Assembly: GCA_965238005.1 (NCBI GenBank)
Contig: OZ250165.1
Span: forward strand, 4,032,001 to 4,096,000
Source: Longimicrobiales bacterium
GTDB taxonomy: Bacteria; Gemmatimonadota; Gemmatimonadetes; Longimicrobiales; Gaopeijiaceae
Direction of reading: 5' to 3'
DNA: 64,000 bases
Shown here: one piece after another, positions 10,966-20,768 of the stretch
Position numbering within the stretch: position 1 is the stretch's first letter
Layout of the letters: each line of letters opens with the position of its first letter
Translations under genes and position numbers: made by a program
The notes under the pieces: generated by a model
What the model saw: the letters and a program-made list of their open reading frames with translations, nothing else
Databases searched by the model: none
Told to the model about the DNA's origin: nothing

Positions 10966-10984
10966 AATCAGCTAGCCGGCGCCC

Positions 10985-11584
10985 TCACTCCACCGGCTGG
11001 CGACCCCGCCGACGACTGGCATATGGCAGGCCGGGCTTGCCGATGCTGGCTCTGACCTCTGCCTCGGCGGAGAACGGCTCTCCGGTCCAGCTCTCGAACC
11101 TCCCCTGAAGATCGAAGGCCACCGACTCGAGGGGAATGGTCATGTAGTTGAACCTGTTCTGCATGAAGGGCGTCACGTAGCGACGAGCGAACTCGAAGAT
11201 TCCCAGCTCGTCGTACTGGACCAGGTGAACCATCTCATGGAAGACCACCGAGTGGGACGGTGGCCCCGGCACCTGGTCGTCACTCACCAGAATGACGTCC
11301 CCGAACGTGATCGCCGCCCACACGCTGAAGTCCAGGGGAATCGACGCTCCGGCCTCCTCGAACTCCCTGTAGAAGGGAGGATTCTCGATCACCGGGACGC
11401 GCCGGATGCGGGCTCTGTCCAGGGTCTCTTGACTGAAGAAGCCCCGAAGCGCGGCCGTGGTCGTGTCCGGCAGAGGCTCGGAGTGGGCTCGGTGTAGATC
11501 GCGTTGGTTCGAGATCCAGTGCCCAGCGTTGTCCGCCAGGTACGAGACCAGTTCCTGCATGCTCAGCCGCTTCGGGTCCGTCAA
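10985..11584 (-). CDS. HExxH zincin-like protein (DUF4157-like)
   Basis: AAITFGDVI...VFHEMVHLVQY...PLESVA pattern; 199 aa. Confidence 0.65.
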   Translation of the reverse strand: MTDPKRLSMQELVSYLADNAGHWISNQRDLHRAHSEPLPDTTTAALRGFFSQETLDRARIRRVPVIENPPFYREFEEAGASIPLDFSVWAAITFGDVILVSDDQVPGPPSHSVVFHEMVHLVQYDELGIFEFARRYVTPFMQNRFNYMTIPLESVAFDLQGRFESWTGEPFSAEAEVRASIGKPGLPYASRRRGRQPVE

Positions 11585-11720
11585 CGGGCTATCCCCGAGT
11601 CATAAGTAAGGCACAATCGAGTGTCGGACTGGTTTGACGCACCACCCGTTTCCGAGACGGCGGGCGGCACCGTCGAGTTTCAGGCCTGACTTCAAAGGTA
11701 CCGCCCCCCGCGACCCGGAC

Positions 11721-12205
11721 TCAAGCGTCTCCAGGGCGGGCCCCCGAGAACATCTCCGAGGCCATGACCGCACCCCGGTCCGCACCCACCGCGACGCGGA
11801 TCCCAATCTCGCGGGTCCGCTGCCGCACCGAGAAGGCCATGAGGCTGTAGGTGCCGACCGCCGCCAGCAGGAAGGCGAGCCCTGCAAAGAGATTTAGCAG
11901 CGTACCCTGGAAGCGCGGGGCTGCGACAGACAGATCCAGCATCTCGTCCAGGGAGCCTCGAACCTCGCGAGGATCCCGTCCAACCCGGCGATCACCTGCG
12001 CGGGCTCCGGGTAGTCAGCGTCCGGGAAGGTGAGGCCGAACGTCGTGATACCTTCGGGCTCCAGCCCGAGATCTACGGAGTAGAGGTTGGCCAGGCTCCG
12101 CACCGAAGAGGCCCGCACCCACCAGGAGGATCATGGCCAGCGCGAACTCGGCGACCACCAGACCGTCGCGCACGCGAGCGTGACCCGATTCGGAGCGAAG
12201 GCTCC
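11721..12205 (-). pseudogene. MacB/FtsX-type (ADOP-like) ABC permease remnant
   Basis: Fragments in three frames: RVRDGLVVAEFALAMILLVGAGL / RSLANLYSVDLG / APRFQGTLLNLFAGLAFLLAAVG...SVRQRTREIGIRVAVGA. Far shorter than an intact gene. Confidence 0.8.
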
Positions 12206-12235
12206 CGCCAACCCTTCCGCTTCTTCGCTGGCACG

Positions 12236-12430
12236 GTGGTGGACGCCCAGGGTCAGCCAGCCGAGGGGGTCGAGATCTCAGCACGGCGCGTCTCGGACGG
12301 GCTAGACCTCACGCCGGACGATGTGGGCTTCGGCCAGCCAGGCGTCTACGTGGTGCTGACGGACAACGCCGTAGACGACGTGACCGAGGAGGGTACTTTC
12401 GTCGAGGTGGTGGAACGCGAGGGGGCACCG
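12236..12430 (+). pseudogene. Possible fragment of a carboxypeptidase-regulatory-like (beta-sandwich) domain gene
   Basis: VVDAQGQPAEGVEI motif; no credible start, and the ORF runs into the 3' end of gyrB. Confidence 0.3.
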
Positions 12431-12436
12431 GGCGCG

Positions 12437-14380
<1,944 letters not shown>

Positions 14381-14436
14381 CTAACGCTCGCTCGGTTGTG
14401 GGCACCGATGTGCTCCCGCGTTCGGCGCGGGAGTCC

Positions 14437-14748
14437 TTACCCGTTCCCCTCCATCAGCGTGAGTACGATCCTCTCGATCGTTCCATCTTTCTCCAACTGC
14501 CCGTTGATCCGCTCCAGCAGAGCCCCCTTCATGAGGTTGAGCTCCATGAGCCAAGCACTACTCCGCACCTCCACAAAGAGCGTCGACACAACGACCGCCT
14601 TGGCCCGCGTCACGCCGGCAATCTTCTCTCCGACCGCCTCTGCCCACGCGTCAAGGGCGCCGACCCGGCGGATCTGAGTCCGGAGTCCGCGCTCCTTCAG
14701 CACGTCGTCGAGCAGATCCCCCACTCGCGACGGCCCGGTATGGCTCAC
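14437..14748 (-). CDS. DUF721/DciA family protein
   Basis: W...VGEKIAGVT...LFVEVRSSAWLMEL pattern; lies between recF and gyrB. Confidence 0.88.
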   Translation of the reverse strand: MSHTGPSRVGDLLDDVLKERGLRTQIRRVGALDAWAEAVGEKIAGVTRAKAVVVSTLFVEVRSSAWLMELNLMKGALLERINGQLEKDGTIERIVLTLMEGNG

Positions 14749-15869
14749 GCGCAGATCTGTCCTTCCCGAATGCCCCAGCGGGGAAGAGCACCCTCCTGGA
14801 GATGGACATCGCTCTCTTTAGGGGCCGCCGTGATCACCTGTCCGAAGCGCCCACCCTCCATCAGTTGGAGTACCCTCTCCAGCCGCTCCTCGTCGAGCTC
14901 CGCGAAGGCATCGTCCAGCAGAAGGATCGGATCCGTCTGTCGGGTCTGGCGGATGGCATCACCCTCCACCAACCGGAGCGCTAAGGCCGCGGTCCTGCGC
15001 TGTCCCCCCGAGCCGAACTCCCGCACCTCCGAAGGGCGGGGGCCTTCCGTCAAGCACAGAAGAAGCTCGTCGCGATGGGGACCAGCTCCCGTATTCCGGA
15101 ATCGGAGATCCCGGGACCATCCTGCCTCAAGGGCCCTGCCGTAGGCATCGCGCACTCCATCCTCGTCCCATATCTGAACCGCTACGTTGGGCTCATAATC
15201 CATCGACGCCGAGGGACCTCCACTCACCGCCTCGTAGTAGCCGCGAAACGTCTCACCCCACTCCTCCACCCAGAGGAACCGGGCCAGCATCACCAACGCC
15301 GCGCTTCGGGCCAAGGGCTCATCCCAGGCTCGTACCACCGAGGCGGGCTGCTCCGCGCGAAGTGCAGAATTCCGCTGGGCCAACACGTGCTTGAACTCCT
15401 GGAGCGCCGCCAGGTAGCCGGACTCGTTCAGCGAAAGGACGATGTCCAGGAACCGGCGTCGCCGGGATGGTCCGTCACTCACGATGGCCACATCCGCCGG
15501 CGAGAAGATCACGGCGCCTAGGCGTCCGACGGCATCGCCGATCCGTGCAGGTTCCGCTCCATCGACGGTCACCTTTCGGCGACCCCCCGCCCGCTCGTAC
15601 GCGGCCGCCACCTCGGTTGCCGGGATTTCGGCACCCTCCGACGGCTCCACCTGCGCCGACACTCGGAACACGTCCTCCCCGAATGCGATGAGCTGCTCGG
15701 AGCGGGCTCCTCGGAACGACCTGAACGTTTCCAGATAGTAGATCGCTTCGAGCAGGTTGGACTTCCCTTGAGCGTTAGGCCCGACGATGGCCACCCCCTC
15801 CGGCGGAAAGGAGAGCTCCTGGTTCCCTAGGTTTCGAAAGAGCCGGAGCTTCAGCACGCTCAGGTGCAA
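14745..15869 (-). CDS. recF: DNA replication/repair protein RecF
   Basis: FRN, Walker A GPNAQGKSN, GPHRD, GSGGQRR and LLLDDAFAELD motifs. Confidence 0.97.
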   Translation of the reverse strand: MHLSVLKLRLFRNLGNQELSFPPEGVAIVGPNAQGKSNLLEAIYYLETFRSFRGARSEQLIAFGEDVFRVSAQVEPSEGAEIPATEVAAAYERAGGRRKVTVDGAEPARIGDAVGRLGAVIFSPADVAIVSDGPSRRRRFLDIVLSLNESGYLAALQEFKHVLAQRNSALRAEQPASVVRAWDEPLARSAALVMLARFLWVEEWGETFRGYYEAVSGGPSASMDYEPNVAVQIWDEDGVRDAYGRALEAGWSRDLRFRNTGAGPHRDELLLCLTEGPRPSEVREFGSGGQRRTAALALRLVEGDAIRQTRQTDPILLLDDAFAELDEERLERVLQLMEGGRFGQVITAAPKESDVHLQEGALPRWGIREGQICA

Positions 15870-15987
15870 GGCGCGGGTGCCGAGAATGGCCTTTCAAGCA
15901 TGGGAAAATCTAACGATTCTGGGGGTTCACAGCCATCCCTTGGATGAGCCGAAACCCCTTATGCGGCGCCCATTTCCGGAGAGGCCC

Positions 15988-16773
15988 TCACTTGCGCTCG
16001 AAGGCGGGTTTCCTCTTCTCGAGGAACGCGGTCATACCCTCCTTCATGTCGCCCGTGGACGCCAGCAATCCGAAGAGAGCCGACTCGAAGCTCTGGGCGT
16101 CGGCGGGAGCCGAATCCAGGGCCAGATAAATCGACTCGAGGGCCATGCGGACTGCGACCGGGCCGTTTTTCGTGATCCCCCGGGCGAACTCCTTTGCCCG
16201 GTCCATCAATTCGTCCTGCGGGTACACGGCGCTGACCAGCCCGATGCGCTCCGCTTTTTCGGCGTCGAGCATGCCACCCGTCAGGGTGAACTCCACTGCT
16301 CGACCCAGGCCGATGAGTCGAGAGAGTCTCATCGTGCCCCCATAGCCGGGAACGATACCGAGGCCGACCTCCGGGAGCCCGAACCGCGCATTCTCGCTCG
16401 CCACCCGGATATGGCACGCCAGGGCAAGCTCGCATCCGCCACCGAGCGCATAGCCTCCGACGGCGGCGATCACTGGCTTCGGAAATCGCTCGATTTCGGC
16501 GAAGATGCGCTGGCCCTCGCGGCTCAACTGGACGCCACTGAGAGGGGTCAGCTTCGCGAGCTCCCCGATGTCGGCCCCGGCAACGAAGGCCTTGTCTCCG
16601 GCCCCCGTGAGGATCACCCCCCGGACATCGGCGTCGTCGCGCAGATCACGAAAGACGTCGCCGAGCTCCCGGACCACCTCGGCGTTGGGTGCATTCAACT
16701 TCTCCGGGCGGTCGATCACCACGATGGCCAGATCCCCGTCCCACTCCACACGGATGTATTGTAGATCGCTCAT
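15988..16773 (-). CDS. Enoyl-CoA hydratase (crotonase)
   Basis: AFVAGADI, ALGGGCELALACH and FGLPEVGLGIVPGYGGT motifs. Confidence 0.95.
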   Translation of the reverse strand: MSDLQYIRVEWDGDLAIVVIDRPEKLNAPNAEVVRELGDVFRDLRDDADVRGVILTGAGDKAFVAGADIGELAKLTPLSGVQLSREGQRIFAEIERFPKPVIAAVGGYALGGGCELALACHIRVASENARFGLPEVGLGIVPGYGGTMRLSRLIGLGRAVEFTLTGGMLDAEKAERIGLVSAVYPQDELMDRAKEFARGITKNGPVAVRMALESIYLALDSAPADAQSFESALFGLLASTGDMKEGMTAFLEKRKPAFERK

Positions 16774-16963
16774 AGCCTGACTCGGTCGTCGCTAATCCCT
16801 TGGAAGGTGCCTTCAGTCAAAGGCGGCAAGGGCAAAACTAGGAGAGGGGCTGAGGCGCCGCCACCCGGCCATAGCGCCTCGTTCGAGCCTTCGATACTTT
16901 GGGCTCCGCCCGGCCAGCGAGCCGGATCAAATCCCCGCATGAAACTCCAAGGAGTACTCTGAA

Positions 16964-17386
16964 ATGAGCCGGTCCCTCAACAAGGTCATGCTCATCGGCA
17001 ACGTCGGAAGCGATCCTGAGATCCGTGCCACTTCGTCGGGTGGTCGCGTCGCGAAGGTGTCCCTGGCCACCAACCGGCAGTGGAAGGACGGCTCCGGACA
17101 ACAGCAGGAGAAGACCGAGTGGCACCGGCTCACCTTCTTCGGTCGGCTCGTCGACATCGTGGAGCAGTGGGTGAAGAAGGGGGATCGCCTCTACGTGGAG
17201 GGCCGCATCGAGTACTCGCAGACCGAGAAGGACGGCCAAACGCGATATTGGACCGACATCGTCGTCGTGGAGATGGTGATGTTGGGATCTACCGGGGCGG
17301 GAGGAGGAGGATTCGAAGGCGCCCCACCTCCGAGTCCAACGCCGTCCACACCGATCTCGGAGCCTGACGACGACTTGCCGTTCTAA
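16964..17386 (+). CDS. ssb: Single-stranded DNA-binding protein
   Basis: LNKVMLIGN, KTEWHR and C-terminal DDDLPF; AAGGAG RBS upstream. Confidence 0.98.
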   Translation: MSRSLNKVMLIGNVGSDPEIRATSSGGRVAKVSLATNRQWKDGSGQQQEKTEWHRLTFFGRLVDIVEQWVKKGDRLYVEGRIEYSQTEKDGQTRYWTDIVVVEMVMLGSTGAGGGGFEGAPPPSPTPSTPISEPDDDLPF

Positions 17387-17733
17387 GCGTCCAGCGCCTC
17401 CCGCAGATCACTCTCCCAAAGACCCAGAAACTGAGCCTCGTATTGGGCGGGGTTGCGGGCGTAGTCTTCCGCCCAAGCGTCGAAGGGTGGAAGCGCCAGA
17501 CGGCGCGAGACCCCGGCCGTGGCTAGGTGAACCATACGCTCATACGTAGGCTCGCCCTCCCCTCCCTCTAGGCGATGGGCTTCTTCGGCCAGCAGATATA
17601 TCTCGTCGGGTGACAGCAGGAGGAGGTGCTCGGCGACCTGAGCCGAGCAATACTCCAGGTACTTCGCCCGCAAGACCGAGTCCGTCTCGGTATCCTGTCC
17701 GTGGGGGGGGGTCTTGGGATCGGCGTCACTCAC
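17383..17733 (-). CDS. Hypothetical protein, stand-alone domain A (LRxxYxxY..Q ... PPF(E/D)xWxxD(Y/F))
   Basis: 116 aa, GGGAGG RBS upstream; shares motifs with the ORFs at 18647-19246 and 20769-21494. Confidence 0.8.
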   Translation of the reverse strand: MSDADPKTPPHGQDTETDSVLRAKYLEYCSAQVAEHLLLLSPDEIYLLAEEAHRLEGGEGEPTYERMVHLATAGVSRRLALPPFDAWAEDYARNPAQYEAQFLGLWESDLREALDA

Positions 17734-17813
17734 GCCCGGCCTCCCGAATGCCTCTCAGGCCGGCAGCGCGTACCGCCCTTCGGCGCGCAAATGCAGGCCC
17801 ATCTTACTGTTAC

Positions 17814-17842
17814 GTTCTAGCTGGGGCACCGGGGAGAGTCAA
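17814..17842 (-). promoter_or_regulatory. Candidate sigma70 promoter for the domain-A gene
   Basis: TTGACT-N17-TAGAAC on the minus strand. Confidence 0.4.
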
Positions 17843-18041
17843 CCCCTAGGGAACCTCTCCACAAGTCTGGTGGGCCTCGCGACCCACGCCTTCGGCGTGG
17901 GTGCCCCGGTCTCGCGCGTGCTCAGGGTAGGAACGACGACGAGTCGTAGCGGGGCTACAGCGAGGAGGAGAGACGGCGCATGAGCCCGCGACCCCCCGCG
18001 CCCGCAGCCATATGGAAGACATCTCCCTACAGTGTGTCGGG

Positions 18042-18272
18042 TTACGGCGGCATGGCCCGCCAGACTTGTGCAGAGGCGAGCTGCGTCTGCACCTCGCCTG
18101 TGTTCTGGCTCTGGCTCCGCTCACGCAGGTGGCGATAGATCGACCGGCGGGTGAGCCCGTATAGCACGACCCGGCTCAGGAAGTCCGGATCTGTCCTCTG
18201 AACCTCTTCAGCCTGCTCGGCGATATCGCGAGGGAGTCGGACGTTGAGTTGAACGGAGCAGGTTTCCCACAT
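18042..18272 (-). CDS. Small ribbon-helix-helix-like DNA-binding protein
   Basis: 76 aa from ATG 18272 (GGGAGAGG RBS). SVQLNVRLPRDIAEQAEE matches the RHH alternating beta-strand plus helix pattern. Confidence 0.6.
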   Translation of the reverse strand: MWETCSVQLNVRLPRDIAEQAEEVQRTDPDFLSRVVLYGLTRRSIYRHLRERSQSQNTGEVQTQLASAQVWRAMPP

Positions 18273-18392
18273 GCGCGTGCCTCTCCCTACCTTGATTGTT
18301 GAAATTTCTCGAAATATTGACAGGGATCGGATGACCCCACTGTAAAACCCACATGCATTCCGGGAGGGCGAATCTTGCCTCGAGGCGAACCC

Positions 18393-18421
18393 AGTATACT
18401 GGTGAATTTCTGGGGGCGCAA
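18393..18421 (-). promoter_or_regulatory. Sigma70 promoter for the RHH-like gene
   Basis: TTGCGC-N17-TATACT; the -10 lies inside the perfect palindrome CCAGTATACTGG (18391-18402), with an A-tract just upstream of the -35. Confidence 0.6.
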
Positions 18422-18459
18422 GCCTTTTTTCAAATTGTCGTGCGCCCAACTAGATCTTG

Positions 18460-18484
18460 TAACTTGTTGTCATACAACGACTTA
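18460..18484. promoter_or_regulatory. Imperfect inverted repeat (candidate operator or recombination site)
   Basis: TAACTTGTTGT-cat-ACAACGACTTA; arms match at 9 of 11 positions, within an AT-rich intergenic region. Confidence 0.4.
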
Positions 18485-18646
18485 TGAATACACAGGTTTG
18501 GGCAAAACCAACTGTTCCCCTCTGTTCCGTGACACGGCTGTTTCCTGATTCTCCTGTTTGGAAAACCAGCAACGATGGGGACTTACAGAGTTCACGTGAG
18601 CAGCAAACGGCTTCTGGACTGAAGTCGATTTTTTACAAAACAAGGA

Positions 18647-19246
18647 CTACAGCAGGATCGATCGCAGGAAGGCCGTCAGGGTGGCCGAGGTGAAGGAGAG
18701 AAAGCGGTCGCGGAGGTCCTGGAGCTCCTCCTCACAGAAGATATCGCCTGTTCGCAAGTGGGCCTCGGCGGCGTCACGATGGAAGCGAATGTACCCTCGC
18801 CAGAGATCCTCGTCCCGGTAGAGTTCGAGAGAAGCGTGCCAGCGATCCCCTCCGTGCTCCACCTCCCTGAGCTCCACCGTGACCGGCTCTGACGGTTCGC
18901 CGGCATGGGGGTACGCTACGCCCGCCTTCAGATGCGCGAGGCGATGGGTCTCGTAATCCGCCAACCAGACTTCGAACGAAGGCAGTGGAAGCAGCTCGCG
19001 ACAGAAGCGATGGAGAGTAGCCATCGGATCCTTCGACTCGTGCATCCCGTGGCTGACAGCCCACTCTCTGGCCTGCCGATAGAGCGGGCGTACGCCCTCC
19101 CGTGGCACGAGCTCCAGGAGGCCGGTCGCCTGGCGACTGCAGTACTCTCGGTACTGCCGTCTCAGAGCCGGCGCTGTCGGAGGCCCCACTGTGACCGTGC
19201 GGAGCCGGGTCTTCACGCCCTCAGCCCGGTCGAGGGGAATCGACAC
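18647..19246 (-). CDS. Hypothetical protein, domain A-domain B architecture
   Basis: LRRQYREYCSRQ...LPSFEVWLADY followed by W...WRGYIRF...RTGDIFCEE. Confidence 0.8.
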   Translation of the reverse strand: MSIPLDRAEGVKTRLRTVTVGPPTAPALRRQYREYCSRQATGLLELVPREGVRPLYRQAREWAVSHGMHESKDPMATLHRFCRELLPLPSFEVWLADYETHRLAHLKAGVAYPHAGEPSEPVTVELREVEHGGDRWHASLELYRDEDLWRGYIRFHRDAAEAHLRTGDIFCEEELQDLRDRFLSFTSATLTAFLRSILL

Positions 19247-19264
19247 GGGTCGTCGGCCCCTGCC

Positions 19265-19368
19265 CTAGTGTCCCGTTACCAAAGTGTCTCGGCCAGTCGA
19301 GGGCACGGTGCATCCGTGGGCGCCCCGACCCTCTTGGTGGCTCGCGAACTTCGGAAACGGAACACTAG
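19265..19368 (-). mobile_element. MITE copy 1 (104 bp, internally deleted), CTAG-bounded
   Basis: Reverse complement reads CTAGTGTTCCGTTTCCGAAG...TTTGGTAACGGGACACTAG; both ends match the copy at 53790-53957. Confidence 0.8.
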
Positions 19369-20276
19369 TGCACTGTCCCGCCGCCGGCGACGGCGGCATG
19401 GGTGCGGAGCGGCACCGACTTAAGGCGACGCTCGCGAACGGGGAGCCGGGCCAGAGTCTCACGAGATCCGAAGGTGGCCAGGTGATGCTCGACAGCCTTG
19501 AAACGACCGGGCTCGAAGCGCGCCAGGAGCCGACCTAGGCCCCGCCGGATGGTCTGAAGCTCCTCACGGGCCTCGACCAAGGTCACCGGCAGGTCGAGGC
19601 GAACATGATAATGTACCGAGCCGCCCTCGTGGACCTCGCTGACGCGCAGCACTTCACGCTGGGGAAACGCCTCGAGGACCGCTGCCTCAAAGATGGCATC
19701 CGGCTCCGGTGACGGAGCGCGGAAGACCAGCGCATTGGCGTCGTAGTCCAGATAGGCTCGGGTGATCCGGTGCTCGCCCACGACGATGCGAACGGAGGTC
19801 CGTTCGTGGAAGTCCAGGTCTCGACAGATGTCACGGAAGCCGATCCGGAGGATCGTGGACCGGGTCAACGGACCGTATCCCATTCTGCCGAGGAGACCCA
19901 AAGCCATCTGGAAACAGTAGGCCCCGAGACGACCTCCATGCTCGTCGGCCTCGGCGCCGGCACGGTCTCTGATGAGGCGGTTCACATGCTCGAGCGTCGG
20001 CTCGTACACCCAGTCCAAAACGACCAGCTCCGAGCTGAGGTCCAGCATCTTCACCGTGGAGCTCCCCAGGTCCAGCACTTCCGCCGAAGACGCGAAGCGC
20101 CCTTCGAGCACCAGCGCCAGACCGATATCCTGAATCCTCCCACCCGGAAGATCGATCTCGTGGAGATCTCGGTACTGGACGACGGCCCGGGTGAGCGGAA
20201 GCTCACAGATTCCGGGCACGTCGGCCATCGCCTCCGGCCGCGCCTCGGACTGAAGCGAGAGAGTCGTCGCGTTCAT
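19365..20276 (-). CDS. Hypothetical protein (303 aa)
   Basis: AGAGGAG RBS before ATG 20276; long clean ORF with protein-like composition; stop TAG lies in the MITE's CTAG. Confidence 0.75.
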   Translation of the reverse strand: MNATTLSLQSEARPEAMADVPGICELPLTRAVVQYRDLHEIDLPGGRIQDIGLALVLEGRFASSAEVLDLGSSTVKMLDLSSELVVLDWVYEPTLEHVNRLIRDRAGAEADEHGGRLGAYCFQMALGLLGRMGYGPLTRSTILRIGFRDICRDLDFHERTSVRIVVGEHRITRAYLDYDANALVFRAPSPEPDAIFEAAVLEAFPQREVLRVSEVHEGGSVHYHVRLDLPVTLVEAREELQTIRRGLGRLLARFEPGRFKAVEHHLATFGSRETLARLPVRERRLKSVPLRTHAAVAGGGTVH

Positions 20277-20361
20277 CGTGTCTCCTCTGACGTGAAACGC
20301 CCCCAGCACCGGCAAGCCGGCTCACGGGGGCGATTCCGCGAGTCTCGGACAAACAACGCCC

Positions 20362-20391
20362 TTGACACTCGTTCGACGATCCCTTTACTTT
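20362..20391 (+). promoter_or_regulatory. Candidate sigma70 promoter for the sRNA
   Basis: Consensus TTGACA-N18-TACTTT immediately upstream of the twin hairpins. Confidence 0.55.
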
Positions 20392-20396
20392 TCTCG

Positions 20397-20477
20397 CAGT
20401 GAACGAGGAAAAGCGGGTCGCCAACCCGTGTCTTCCAGCGAGAGTCCAGGTGCCAACCTGGACTCTCGCTTTTTTTC
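20397..20477 (+). ncRNA. Candidate small RNA with two GCCAA-loop hairpins (resembles the Acido-Lenti-1 motif as I recall it)
   Basis: Hairpin 1 GGAA-AA-GCGGGT-CGCCA-ACCCGT-GTC-TTCC. Hairpin 2 is a perfect 15-bp stem AGCGAGAGTCCAGGT-GCCA-ACCTGGACTCTCGCT followed by a T-run. Confidence 0.6.
20437..20477 (+). terminator. Intrinsic terminator (second hairpin of the sRNA)
   Basis: 15-bp perfect stem with a run of 7 T at 20470-20476. Confidence 0.8.
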
Positions 20478-20624
20478 TGGGTATGTCCCGCCCGATCGGC
20501 ACCACATCGTGGCTGACCGGGCAAAAAAACCCGGTATTCTCGCCGGGCTTCCTATGCGCTCCCAACAGCCACTATCGACCGTGGGATGCGGCCTTTTGGG
20601 GGCTTCTCCTGCCCCAACGGTCTC

Positions 20625-20654
20625 ACGATAACAATATGTTTACCATCCTGGCAA
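20625..20654 (-). promoter_or_regulatory. Candidate promoter for the 303-aa gene
   Basis: TTGCCA-N18-TATCGT with an extended -10 TG. Confidence 0.35.
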
Positions 20655-20768
20655 GACGTTTCTTTCGGCGGCCCCGACGCCGCCAATCGTTTTCCTTGCC
20701 CCCGCTGACGCCTTCGGACATCTTGAGGTCGATCATGCCGCCCACGGTCGCCGGCGGTTCCCGCGGCC

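Noticed and set aside
10931..10970. Hairpin TGATTCCC...CCCGGCCT-loop-AGGCCGGGAATCA as an ncRNA or terminator
   Set aside because: No U-tract; it lies at the end of a pseudogene remnant and occurs only once in the window.
10985..11584. Contractile injection system locus, because of the DUF4157-like gene
   Set aside because: No sheath, tube or baseplate genes; it is an isolated HExxH protein.
17383..18272. Type II toxin-antitoxin pair (RHH plus downstream small gene)
   Set aside because: The genes are ~310 bp apart with a separate promoter candidate. The downstream protein shows no known toxin motif and is a paralog of the A/B cluster.
18273..18646. oriC or dif site in the AT-rich region near recF/gyrB/ssb
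   Set aside because: I saw no cluster of TT(A/T)TNCACA DnaA boxes, and the inverted repeat does not match the XerC/XerD dif consensus.
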